Virus record (IMG/VR): IMGVR_UViG_3300042923_001106
Span: 32,001 to 96,000 of that record
Strand: one strand, 5' to 3'
DNA: 64,000 bases
Source of the DNA: a virus
Shown here: piece by piece, positions 1-9,420 of the stretch
Numbering within the stretch: the stretch's first letter is position 1
How the letters are laid out: each line of letters starts with the position of its first letter
Notes under the pieces: generated by a model
Told to the model about the DNA's origin: nothing
Seen by the model: only the letters and a program-made list of their open reading frames with translations
Database searches by the model: none
Made by a program: the position numbers and the translations under genes

Positions 1-914
1 CTGTCATACCCCCGAATATCAACCATTGGTATTATAACGATTTTGCCAGTTGCAATCATTGCTTCAACTGTCGGTCTGTCACCAAATTTACTGATGAGAA
101 TATTGCCAATGCTGGATTGTAAAAGTTTTTCGTTCTTGTCACCTTTATAGAAACCTATGGGTTGTGCATGTTTTACAGGTACAGGATTTACTAAGCAAAC
201 TAACTTTGAGTATTTTGTACTGTCGATTAGGCTCATTGCGTAATTTAAGGCAACTAGACTCTTTCCCGATCCTGCTTTGCCTCTTAAAAGGGTCACGTCA
301 TTTGAATGTAGGCTATCTGTAGCACACTTCTGATATATATCAAGAGGCTTGAATTTTCCAAAATGAGCTGAAGAAATTGTTTTATTAGTTACTTGAATGT
401 ATTTACTACCATTCCACTTATAAGCGTCCACAACTTCGCCACTTCGCCGAATAATCAGGTACTGATTAAGAAGAAGATCATATCTATTAATGGTTAAATC
501 CTCATAAAACTGAGCTAATTCTGTGTCATTCATGTTTAATTCGACATACCCACTGTAATCGTCTTCGTTATTATCAAGATCAAAACATTCGATATCTTTT
601 GCTTTTGCTTTCAGTTGAACATTGAAATCTTCACTAATAAGAACAGCGTTGTATTTCTGAGCACAAGCAATAATTACATCGTCGTTGTTCCCATTATGAA
701 GGATTGAATGTTTATTATCGAATTCAAAATCGTATACAACATTGGATGTTTTTAATTTTCTAATTGCTTGTCTTGCTCGATAAGCTGTCTCAGTAAGCCC
801 CATCTTCAATTTATCCAATTCGATCAATACGATGAACGGCAATATTTTATCACCTTCCATATCAAGAAGGTCAGATCGAAGTAATAGAGCGTTAGTGTCG
901 AACACAAACTTCAT
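1..914 (-). CDS. phoH: PIN domain-PhoH ATPase fusion (3' end runs off the window)
   Basis: Manual translation from ATG at 914 gives MKFVFDTNALL (PIN motif), later LLRGKAGSGKS (Walker A) and IIPMVDIRGYD (PhoH-like). Not in the ORF track because it is truncated. Confidence 0.85.
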   Translation of the reverse strand, partial: MKFVFDTNALLLRSDLLDMEGDKILPFIVLIELDKLKMGLTETAYRARQAIRKLKTSNVVYDFEFDNKHSILHNGNNDDVIIACAQKYNAVLISEDFNVQLKAKAKDIECFDLDNNEDDYSGYVELNMNDTELAQFYEDLTINRYDLLLNQYLIIRRSGEVVDAYKWNGSKYIQVTNKTISSAHFGKFKPLDIYQKCATDSLHSNDVTLLRGKAGSGKSLVALNYAMSLIDSTKYSKLVCLVNPVPVKHAQPIGFYKGDKNEKLLQSSIGNILISKFGDRPTVEAMIATGKIVIIPMVDIRGYD

Positions 915-967
915 AATGTTACCCCGTTTCTAGTGTTGGGTAGAATATATAAAGGAGCGATAACAAT

Positions 968-2327
968 GGGTCTGTCAAGAATTTTGTGTAAACTCTTTTA
1001 TTGGAATCTCCCCGGAGGGGAGATCGACCCTCCTCAGCGAAGGTGTTGACCGATTCTCTCTGGGAAGAAGACGGACAACTGCAGGAGCATTTGACCCCAG
1101 TTTTGGACACGGCCGGTCCATTTTCGTGTGACGTCCATCGTGACCAGGTACAGCATCTTCAGTAAAGCCTCGTCGCTTGGGAAAATGCTCTTTCCTTTGG
1201 TGACTTTGCGCAGTTGACGATGGTAGCTCTCGATCATGTTCGTCGTGTAGATGAGCTTGCGCAGCTCCGGCGGATACTTGAAGAAAGTGGCAAGCTCGTC
1301 CCAGTTGCTGCGCCACGAGCGGATAATGAGCGGGTACTTGACGCCCCATGTCTCCTCGAAGCGGTCCAGCTCTAGCAAGGCCATTTCCTCGGTCGTAGCC
1401 TTGTAGATGGGCTTCAGATCAGCCGTCACCTTCTTCAGATCCTTGTAGGAGACATAACGTGTCGAGTTGCGGATCTGGTGGATGATACACTTTTGAATCT
1501 CCGTCTTCGGATAGCAGGCCGAGATCGCCTGTGAGAAGCCCGTGAGGTTGTCCACGCAGGTGATGAGAATGTCCTGGACGCCGCGATGCTTGAGGTCGTT
1601 TAGGACGCTCAGCCAGAACTTGGCGGACTCGTTCTCGCCAATCCACATGCCCAGCACGTCCTTGTTGCCGTCCAGATCAATGCCGATGACCATGTAGGCC
1701 GCTTTGTTCACAATGGCACCGTCCTGCTTGACCTTAAAGTGGATCGCATCCAGAAAGACGACAGCGTACACGCCCTGCAGTGGCCGATTCTGCCACTCCT
1801 TAATGAGCGGAATGATCTTGTTTGTGACATTGGAAATGAAGGTCGGCGAAACCTCCAGCCCGTACAGATTTTGCAGATGGTCTTGGATCTCCCGCGTGCT
1901 GACGCCTTTGGCGTACAGGGCAATAATCTGGTCTTCGATGCCGGTGACATTGGACTGATGCTTCTTCACAACGAGCGGCTCGAACTCGCCCAGACGGTCA
2001 CGAGGGACGGAGATCTCCTGGTCGCCGTATTCGCTGGTAACGGTCTTCTTGCTCTTGCCGTTGCGGCTGTTCTTCGTCTGCTTGTTCTGCACCTCATGCT
2101 TGCTATAGCCTAGATGCGTGTCCATCTCGGCCTCCAGCATCTCCTGCAGCGTTTCGGCAAACAAGTCCTTGAGCGCGTTTTGTGCGTCCTGTGCGGTGAC
2201 CAGGTTGTTTTCTTTGATGAAGCTACGAAGCTGTTCTTTCGTCCATAATCCCATGTGTGCTCTCCAACCTTTCTACTGTTTTCATTTTAATCGGTATGAG
2301 AGTTTACACAAAGTATTTTACAGACTC
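968..2327 (-). mobile_element. IS256-family insertion sequence
   Basis: Imperfect terminal IRs GGGTCTGTCAAGAATTTTGTGTAAACTCT (968) and AGAGTTTACACAAAGTATTTTACAGACTC (ends 2327); 8-bp target duplication ATAACAAT at 960-967 and 2328-2335; GC-rich relative to flanks. Confidence 0.95.
1034..2254 (-). CDS. IS256-family (mutator-type) DDE transposase
   Basis: 406 aa; SRNG, VPRDR, VFLDAIHFK, ILITCVDNL, QKCIIHQIRN and TTNMIES motifs. Confidence 0.95.
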   Translation of the reverse strand: MGLWTKEQLRSFIKENNLVTAQDAQNALKDLFAETLQEMLEAEMDTHLGYSKHEVQNKQTKNSRNGKSKKTVTSEYGDQEISVPRDRLGEFEPLVVKKHQSNVTGIEDQIIALYAKGVSTREIQDHLQNLYGLEVSPTFISNVTNKIIPLIKEWQNRPLQGVYAVVFLDAIHFKVKQDGAIVNKAAYMVIGIDLDGNKDVLGMWIGENESAKFWLSVLNDLKHRGVQDILITCVDNLTGFSQAISACYPKTEIQKCIIHQIRNSTRYVSYKDLKKVTADLKPIYKATTEEMALLELDRFEETWGVKYPLIIRSWRSNWDELATFFKYPPELRKLIYTTNMIESYHRQLRKVTKGKSIFPSDEALLKMLYLVTMDVTRKWTGRVQNWGQMLLQLSVFFPERIGQHLR

Positions 2328-2408
2328 ATAACAATCGCTCCTTGTGTTTCGGCTCCTTACCGGAGACGTATTAAATATATTATTGCACCTCTTAGCGAAT
2401 GTATCGTT

Positions 2409-2681
2409 TTATTTTATCGCTTCCTTCAGTTTATTACCGGCTTTGAAAGCAGGTACAGTTGTTTCTGGGATTTCAATTTCTTCGCCTGTCTGGGGATTAC
2501 GTCCTTTACGAGCAGCACGCTTACGCGGTTCGAACGATCCGAAGCCGATTAGCTGCACCTTCTCTCCATTTTGAAGTGCTTCTGTAATCTCGACTTGAAA
2601 TGATTCAATTACTGTTCCAATATCTTTTTTAGCCAATTCTGTTTTTCCTGCAATATTTTTAATCAATGTTTCTTTGTTCAT
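2409..2681 (-). CDS. hup: HU-family histone-like DNA-binding protein (SPbeta YonN-like)
   Basis: From ATG 2681, MNKETLIKNIA...VQLIGFGSFE...ARKGRNPQTGEEIEIP...PAFKAG, 90 aa. Confidence 0.95.
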   Translation of the reverse strand: MNKETLIKNIAGKTELAKKDIGTVIESFQVEITEALQNGEKVQLIGFGSFEPRKRAARKGRNPQTGEEIEIPETTVPAFKAGNKLKEAIK

Positions 2682-2804
2682 ATTTTTAAATCTCCCTTTT
2701 ATTTTTAGTTTTTTTGGTAAGAAAAGAGCAATCCTCTTCTTCCATATAAGCAATATTTTCATTATTCTCGAAATCCCTTATGTATCAAGGGTTTTCAGCA
2801 CTTT

Positions 2805-3473
2805 TCATTTTCCTAAATTATAATATCTTTTATTTTGTTCGTTCTTTATTATTTTAGCACATGCATTACAGTACTTATGTACGTTCTTATTTTTTCGAAA
2901 CATCCTACTACACTTCAAACACTCACCAATATTGTGACCTTTCCATCTAAGGTAATAATAAACAATATCTCGAAAGTCAGTTATTGTGATTGCAGATTCA
3001 TCTTTGTTATCGGAATAATTAACTCTAATATTTGTGCAATCAACTTTTCTTGATGTATCAACCAAGCCTAAGTTAAGCAATTCGTGAATCATTAGTTCTT
3101 GTTTATGTTTAGTTAATGCTACTTTACAATCACTAAAAACGTCTTTTACATCGCTATTTACCCAATATGTATTGTTTTTGTTTTTAACATTATATATCTT
3201 GCTATAGACTAACAAAACGAATGCTAGTCTTTCCAATTTGTTATTATTTAGAGAGGAAATGACTTGCAATTCTCCTCTAGTTACGTGTAACTCATTTATA
3301 ATTAACATATCCACTTTGTTTCTTTTTTCTTGAATTATTAATTCATCAAATTTTGGCTGCCAATAAGTTGTATTGTAATCTTTATAACTTGTTTTCATAA
3401 ACTCGCTTAAAGTCTGCTTTATCTGATCTGCATTCATCCCTTTATCTAATAGATATCTAATTATTATTCTCAA
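2805..3473 (-). CDS. Hypothetical phage protein with C-terminal CxxC...CxxC zinc finger
   Basis: 222-aa ORF between the RNAP and hup; CLKC...CNAC near the C-terminus. Confidence 0.7.
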   Translation of the reverse strand: MRIIIRYLLDKGMNADQIKQTLSEFMKTSYKDYNTTYWQPKFDELIIQEKRNKVDMLIINELHVTRGELQVISSLNNNKLERLAFVLLVYSKIYNVKNKNNTYWVNSDVKDVFSDCKVALTKHKQELMIHELLNLGLVDTSRKVDCTNIRVNYSDNKDESAITITDFRDIVYYYLRWKGHNIGECLKCSRMFRKNKNVHKYCNACAKIIKNEQNKRYYNLGK

Positions 3474-3561
3474 TGTACCAGATGGATACTTATCTTTTTT
3501 TCCTTTTTTTAATGCATCTTCGGCATACTTCTTTTCATTTACTACTATTTTCAGATTTGAT

Positions 3562-6312
3562 CTACCTCCAATTTTTTGTGGTCATTGACAGATATTGTCC
3601 ATTAAATTCAATATCGCCTTTTTCATTAAGTATAGGAAAGTTATATTTATTACCATTTTTACTTAATAAGTTTTTGATCATTTGCTCTCCGCATATATCC
3701 CATGCGAATTGTTTTGATTTATTGCCATTTTTATAACACAAATCTACTACGATATTACACAATTCTTCTTCATTATTGCACAGTTCTAATGCTTTCTGTT
3801 TAAAGTGCTGTACAAATACTTCTCGATGATTATAAACATTTGAATCATGCATCCGTATATTCTTTAATTCTTTAGCGTGATCCTGCATTTTTACATTATG
3901 TTCACTATATAATTCTTTAATTTTATTATATCTGCCAATAGAATAGTTTGAGTTTGATTTTAAAATAGCATAATCGAAACTCGCTTCTTTAAACTTGTCA
4001 CTAACTCGATCAAATTCGCTCTCAATTTTCCTACATATCTTATTCATTACAGATGAGGATAATGAAACTGGCATTCTTTTTTGGTAAGTATTAATAAATT
4101 CAATTTCTTGAATAGTCTTATCTTGTTTTGACAGAAGTTCAGAGAGTGATAATCCAAATAATCTAATGCAATTTCTCTCGCAATTGTTTATGTATTGCTT
4201 ATACTCCTTCATTAGTTCAGGATAAATATAAATAAAGAAATATGGTTTCTTGTCTGCAAGTATCCTTAAATTTAACTCTTTCCTTTTCTTGACTTCCGTA
4301 GAGTCACCTTCTCTTATTATATTTGATTTATAGTCACACCATTCTTTTGGCATAGGTTTACTAACAATACCTTTGGTTTTATCGATAGCGTTCTGTTGAT
4401 AGTTTTGACCACACTGGATTCTATACTCAAGTTCTTTATATTCTTCGCAACGTGGTTCAAAATTTGCTAATACATCAAACATTGAGGTTATCCTATTGGT
4501 TGTTGTTCCTATTGCATCGCCAAAACTGTCCTTATTAGCCTTTATCAAGTCGCCTTCCTCAACAATCTTCTTCGTAGCTGTTTTCTGAACACACACAATC
4601 GCATCGAGTTCTTTTATTGATTTCATAATAATCGGATTATCTGTCAACAAAACCGTATCACCGTCTTTATCGGCCCCGTTTAAAGCATGAGTAGTTGTTC
4701 CCCATGAATTAAATATGGTGACAGTATTCATGTATGTATACCACTTTCGGGTTTTTTCATTGTCAACCAACCGCAATATTCTTATGTTGTTGTGGCAAGT
4801 CATTGGAGCACGAAAACACGACACTTTATCAATTTTTCGGTCAGTCCAATATTTATTATAAAATTCGCCGGTCTTGAGCAATCCAGTTACTTTTAATCCA
4901 AACATACTTTGACAAAGACTATATGGATCACCAGAGATAGTACTGTAATTACCATGCACCTTTAATACTCCAACTTTAGCATCCTTAATTCGTTTTTTAA
5001 TCATATTATGTATTTTATTTCTTACAAAAGGATCATCAATCATTCTCGCATCAACCATTAATGCCTTCGTGAAGTCATTGCTTCCGTATATAAAATCTTC
5101 TTCTGCTATATGTGTTCCTTTCAAAAAAAGCAACGACTTCCTATAATCTCCACCTAATACCTCATGAATTTCTTTTACAGTCGGATTGGTCAGTTCATCA
5201 ATATCTTGATCAGATAAATCTAATGATTGTATAAACTGATAATTCAGATTTCGTTGATTTTCTAGTTCTTTAGGCGTTATCTTTGTCACACTAAATGTAT
5301 ATCCGTTCTTTTCGCAGCACTCTAAGTAATGCTCAATACTTTTATAAGAATCCCATAGTTTAAGCATAGATGTTGTTAGAACTACTTCAACATTGCGTAT
5401 ATCTTTTTTATGCCCCCATGCATCTATGACGAAATACTGCTCCGCAACTTCAGATGCAAACTGATGAAGGTCGAATGTGAAAAGCATACCTTTTGCATAA
5501 CTATTTCTTACACAAAATCCGCTAGGAATATAATCTTCTCCTAATTCGCTTCCCCAAACCTCACTTAAATAAGGAGATATTAGTCCATACCCATCGCTTT
5601 CTTCTAGCAAAATTTCGAAATCTTGCTCGTTAGTAATAATAGGGTATTCCGAATCAGTGTCATCAATTTTGATTACATTTGTTTTAAATGTAGTGACACA
5701 ATCTTTAACGACAAGTACTCCTCTTGGATTCGAAACCGGGGTGCTTCCACTGCATACCAACGATTTATAAGCTTCAAGCTTTGCTGGAACAAATTGTTTA
5801 TTATTAATTCTATCGTTCTCAATTTTATTATTTAGTTCATCGAAAACAACATCACTTACATAAACTACGGTACTATTTTTTGCTCCACCAGTTGTAGCCA
5901 AAAGTCGTTTGAATTTTGTCCCATTGATAAAGAACCCTTTAGTACTATTTAATCGATCAAAATCTTTATTTTTATCGATTACAATACAAACAAAATGCTT
6001 TATAAACAGAAGATCATATAATTTATCATATAATAGCTTAATTTTTTTACGGTTTTGAATATCTGTTGGAAGTTTCTTTGTTTTTTTGATCTCTAATTTT
6101 ACATTGTTAACTTGTTCTTGAAAAAATGTATATTCAAATGATTTATTTTCAATTTGTCTTATAAATCGTAATGCAGCGCTATCACCAATAGAAATCAATT
6201 CTTTATTTTTTATTGCCTCATCAAGACCGAGATTTAAATTCCAATTAGAATTCCTAAGCCGAGAAGAGTGAATTTTAAATATGTATGACAAACTGGATTG
6301 TTGCTTACTCAA
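3562..6312 (-). CDS. yonO: YonO-like single-subunit RNA polymerase (RdRP-like two-barrel family)
   Basis: 916 aa; catalytic NGADKDGD (DxDGD) motif plus FRAP and SDGYGLI motifs; next to hup as yonO is next to yonN in SPbeta. Confidence 0.85.
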   Translation of the reverse strand: MSKQQSSLSYIFKIHSSRLRNSNWNLNLGLDEAIKNKELISIGDSAALRFIRQIENKSFEYTFFQEQVNNVKLEIKKTKKLPTDIQNRKKIKLLYDKLYDLLFIKHFVCIVIDKNKDFDRLNSTKGFFINGTKFKRLLATTGGAKNSTVVYVSDVVFDELNNKIENDRINNKQFVPAKLEAYKSLVCSGSTPVSNPRGVLVVKDCVTTFKTNVIKIDDTDSEYPIITNEQDFEILLEESDGYGLISPYLSEVWGSELGEDYIPSGFCVRNSYAKGMLFTFDLHQFASEVAEQYFVIDAWGHKKDIRNVEVVLTTSMLKLWDSYKSIEHYLECCEKNGYTFSVTKITPKELENQRNLNYQFIQSLDLSDQDIDELTNPTVKEIHEVLGGDYRKSLLFLKGTHIAEEDFIYGSNDFTKALMVDARMIDDPFVRNKIHNMIKKRIKDAKVGVLKVHGNYSTISGDPYSLCQSMFGLKVTGLLKTGEFYNKYWTDRKIDKVSCFRAPMTCHNNIRILRLVDNEKTRKWYTYMNTVTIFNSWGTTTHALNGADKDGDTVLLTDNPIIMKSIKELDAIVCVQKTATKKIVEEGDLIKANKDSFGDAIGTTTNRITSMFDVLANFEPRCEEYKELEYRIQCGQNYQQNAIDKTKGIVSKPMPKEWCDYKSNIIREGDSTEVKKRKELNLRILADKKPYFFIYIYPELMKEYKQYINNCERNCIRLFGLSLSELLSKQDKTIQEIEFINTYQKRMPVSLSSSVMNKICRKIESEFDRVSDKFKEASFDYAILKSNSNYSIGRYNKIKELYSEHNVKMQDHAKELKNIRMHDSNVYNHREVFVQHFKQKALELCNNEEELCNIVVDLCYKNGNKSKQFAWDICGEQMIKNLLSKNGNKYNFPILNEKGDIEFNGQYLSMTTKNWR

Positions 6313-6333
6313 TATAGTTTTATCCCTCCTTTT

Positions 6334-7074
6334 TTATCGATTTTTGCGTATGTGCATATCTGTGTCTATATTAATAAAATACTGAATATTGTTAACAGTT
6401 GGACAAATTGAATATTCCTCTAGATTTAATACCATCTCCTTAAGAGGGAAAATGTAATATTCTTTAAGTGAATAATCGTTATAAGGCAATTTGTTTTTAA
6501 TTACATCGCTACCAATAGCCACTCGACTCTTTCGCACATCAAGATAAACCTTAATGTACTTCTCAATGTTTTTAAATCTTGACGCATGATCTGCTGTGTA
6601 GGTATAAAATTCAATATTGTATTTGTCTTGTCCAAGAATCCAAATATCTTTTATATCGGCTAATCTGTATAGTTCGCGTCTATTTAAAAATTCTGTTGCT
6701 ATAGGAGTACATTGAAATTCAATTACAAACTTATTACCATCAAGTTCAAAATATATATCTGGTCTTTGCTTCGTCTCTGGAATCCATGCTTCAAGTTTGC
6801 AATTTTTAATGCCATCTAGTTCCCTAATCCATTCATACAATAATTGTTTTCCACACCTATGTTCTTCAGTTTCAGGTTCAGTATAATACCCTTCACATTC
6901 TTTAATTTTATGTCTAAAGTAAGGTGGTGAAATATCGCCATGACAGTATTCACAGCAATCTCCGCAAACAGGGCATTTTAAAGTGTTTTTATCAGACCAA
7001 TTTTTTAAAGTGTATTTATCATATCTACCGTCAAAGCAATTTATTAAGGTTTTTCCAACTCTACAAGTCAGCAA
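6334..7074 (-). CDS. CoiA-like PD-(D/E)xK nuclease with N-terminal Zn finger
   Basis: CPVC...YFRHK, ETEEHRCGK, QRPDI...VIEFQC...DIWILG. Confidence 0.75.
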   Translation of the reverse strand: MLTCRVGKTLINCFDGRYDKYTLKNWSDKNTLKCPVCGDCCEYCHGDISPPYFRHKIKECEGYYTEPETEEHRCGKQLLYEWIRELDGIKNCKLEAWIPETKQRPDIYFELDGNKFVIEFQCTPIATEFLNRRELYRLADIKDIWILGQDKYNIEFYTYTADHASRFKNIEKYIKVYLDVRKSRVAIGSDVIKNKLPYNDYSLKEYYIFPLKEMVLNLEEYSICPTVNNIQYFINIDTDMHIRKNR

Positions 7075-7103
7075 TTATATAATCACCCATCTCGCTGTTT
7101 AAT

Positions 7104-7298
7104 TTATTTATTTTTATTCAATAATTTCAATTCAAAATCATCGTCACAATCATACATAAATTCTTTATATGTAGAAGCCTCAGATAGTGAATTCCATCCT
7201 TGGTCATTATAATTTTTTATGTATCTCATGGTTTTATTATCATAATGTTCAATGCCATCATAATAATCATCTTGCCAAGTTCGACGTGAAAAATTCAT
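7104..7298 (-). CDS. Hypothetical protein
   Basis: 64-aa ORF with RBS. Confidence 0.55.
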   Translation of the reverse strand: MNFSRRTWQDDYYDGIEHYDNKTMRYIKNYNDQGWNSLSEASTYKEFMYDCDDDFELKLLNKNK

Positions 7299-7464
7299 TT
7301 ATTATTTTCTCCCCCTTTCGTATGTGTTAGAAAGTTTGTACTTCAAAAACTTCCCTTGCAATAAATCTATCATAAATAAATAATATTGTAAAGATTTATT
7401 CATAAAATAAAAGGAGTCACGAATAGTGTATACCTCCGTAACTCCGACATATAATATATCGCCA

Positions 7465-7731
7465 CTACCTATTGTCGTCGGTGTTCCTCCATGAACCCGG
7501 CGATTTTGTTTTGTCCTCTAATTTATCAATGTCAATGCATATTTCTTTTTGCCAATCAACATTGTTGGCCATTGATGCCAGCAAGGACATATTCTCGAGA
7601 TAGGACATTTCCCACCAATAGTTCAAATTTGCATTCAAACAATGAGTAAAATCCATTGCTTCTTGATCTGTCAGATCTCCGCACTTCTGTTTTTGCCATA
7701 ACTCAGCTAATCGCCTGAAAATAGGCTCCAT
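7465..7731 (-). CDS. Small conserved prophage protein (IFRRLAELW...ENMSLLAS...DWQ type)
   Basis: Likely start ATG 7731; part of a three-gene leftward unit. Confidence 0.6.
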   Translation of the reverse strand: MEPIFRRLAELWQKQKCGDLTDQEAMDFTHCLNANLNYWWEMSYLENMSLLASMANNVDWQKEICIDIDKLEDKTKSPGSWRNTDDNR

Positions 7732-7733
7732 GG

Positions 7734-7901
7734 TTACCATAGCCTCCACCATCCTACAGCAGCCAGTATGCCTAGTATGAGGACAAACCATGCGGATAGG
7801 TTATTCGATTGATCATCCTTTGGCTCTTCCTGTGAGGTGTATACGGCTTTGACACGATTATCTGCGGTATACCGAATGTGGTAAACTGTTTGCTTCTCCA
7901 T
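7734..7901 (-). CDS. Small membrane protein
   Basis: ATG 7901 after AAGGAG; C-terminal hydrophobic helix. Confidence 0.55.
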   Translation of the reverse strand: MEKQTVYHIRYTADNRVKAVYTSQEEPKDDQSNNLSAWFVLILGILAAVGWWRLW

Positions 7902-7969
7902 TGTACCATCGCTCCTTATCGGTTGATGATACATTATATGCAAGTTCGCTTAAATGATTACCAGTTTGC

Positions 7970-8173
7970 TTAAACTTTTTCAAGCGACCAAATACTCTCT
8001 ACGGGTACACCCAAAGTTTGAGCAATATCCAAAGCAATTTCAATGCGAGTCGATCCACCATTGGCAATTTGGCTCATAGTCGTTTTACTAACCGGTTGGT
8101 TCATTCTTTGTATTAGATCCTGTTGTGTGACATTCTGTTCGGCCAAAATTACTTTTAATCGGCTCTTTAGCAT
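7970..8173 (-). CDS. XRE/Cro-family HTH regulator
   Basis: MLKSRLKVILAEQNVTQQDL...VSKTTMSQIANGGSTRIEIALDIAQTLG. Confidence 0.85.
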   Translation of the reverse strand: MLKSRLKVILAEQNVTQQDLIQRMNQPVSKTTMSQIANGGSTRIEIALDIAQTLGVPVESIWSLEKV

Positions 8174-8337
8174 ATCGATCACCTCGTTTATTACATTCAA
8201 CAGAGGGGCTTGTCGAATCCTTTGTTGATGAATAAGAAGTTTTGACGAATCTAATAAATAAAATAATACAATACATTGACAATCATCATTTTTTACATAT
8301 AATTTGGATATACGCAATTAATGAGGAGGATTATGAA

Positions 8338-9378
8338 ATGAGTAAGTCATCAGTGATCAATGTTAGTAAGCTTAACCAACAGGAATCAGTATTTAAATAC
8401 ATTCAATCTTTTCTGAGAAATAAAGGAGTAAAATCACAAAACACTGAAAAGGCTTATGAGAATGATATACGCCAGTTTTTTCTGTACATGAGAAATAAAG
8501 AAATTGAAAGGCTGCTCGAAGTAGATATTCAGTTTAAAAATGCAGACATGATGGATTACCAGACATACCTTTACAGTGAGTTTGTTCAAACTAATGGTGA
8601 AAAATATTCGAATATTACAATAAACCGTAAAATGAATACAATAGTGGCACTCTATGCATCTCTAAAGCGAAATGGCTTTAGTGTTGACCCGGATATTATG
8701 AAGATTGAGGACTTACCCGATGATAGTAAACAGATTGGTTTTCTGACCGTCGATGAAATCGACCATATGCTGATAGTAACAAATGATTTGGAATTAAAAT
8801 ATTTCATCATGCTTGCATTGAGAACGAGTTTAAGAAAGGATGCTCTGCTCTCTCTAAGGTGGGATCAAATTCAACCATGTCATAATAATCCCGAATGTTA
8901 TATTATTACGACAATAGATAAAGGGAAGAGAGTGGAAAAGGAGATCCATAAGACAATGTATGAACTATTGTTAAAACTAAAAAAGGAAAACGATCCAAGT
9001 GTATTCCACACACCTATCAGGACACTTGATTATCGGTTTAAATCATTATGTAAAAAAATTGGCATAGATGAAAAAAGAAAGGTATCAATCCATTCTTTAA
9101 AAAAGGCTGGGGTTAGTTATGTAAAAGAATTAACAGGTGACATTCATGCAGCACAAATGCAAGCTGGACATAGTTCTCCAGTAACGACATCTAAATATTA
9201 TCTGGAGCGCAAAACAAACCTTGCGGGCATGATGTTGGACATTAAGGTAGAGGATAATATCTTTGAACAATTGACACATCAAGAATTGATAAACCTATTC
9301 CGAAGTTTTGGCAATGGAATTGGGCATCAACTTAAACTTAGAGCCAAGAAAATTATTGATGAGCGTTCGGATAAGTAA
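8338..9378 (+). CDS. Tyrosine recombinase/integrase
   Basis: SAM-like N domain; LRTSLRKDALLSL (Arg I), DKGK (Lys), HSLKK (HxxR with R to K), AGHSS, TTSKYY (Tyr); ATG 8338 after GAGGAGG. Confidence 0.9.
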   Translation: MSKSSVINVSKLNQQESVFKYIQSFLRNKGVKSQNTEKAYENDIRQFFLYMRNKEIERLLEVDIQFKNADMMDYQTYLYSEFVQTNGEKYSNITINRKMNTIVALYASLKRNGFSVDPDIMKIEDLPDDSKQIGFLTVDEIDHMLIVTNDLELKYFIMLALRTSLRKDALLSLRWDQIQPCHNNPECYIITTIDKGKRVEKEIHKTMYELLLKLKKENDPSVFHTPIRTLDYRFKSLCKKIGIDEKRKVSIHSLKKAGVSYVKELTGDIHAAQMQAGHSSPVTTSKYYLERKTNLAGMMLDIKVEDNIFEQLTHQELINLFRSFGNGIGHQLKLRAKKIIDERSDK

Positions 9379-9420
9379 AATAAATAAATATTTAAAAATA
9401 TATTAGTACAAGGAAATGGC

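Noticed and set aside
919-2574. Overlapping ORFs in other frames or strands inside IS256 and hup
   Set aside because: Shadow frames of a GC-rich transposase gene and of hup; no RBS or recognisable motifs.
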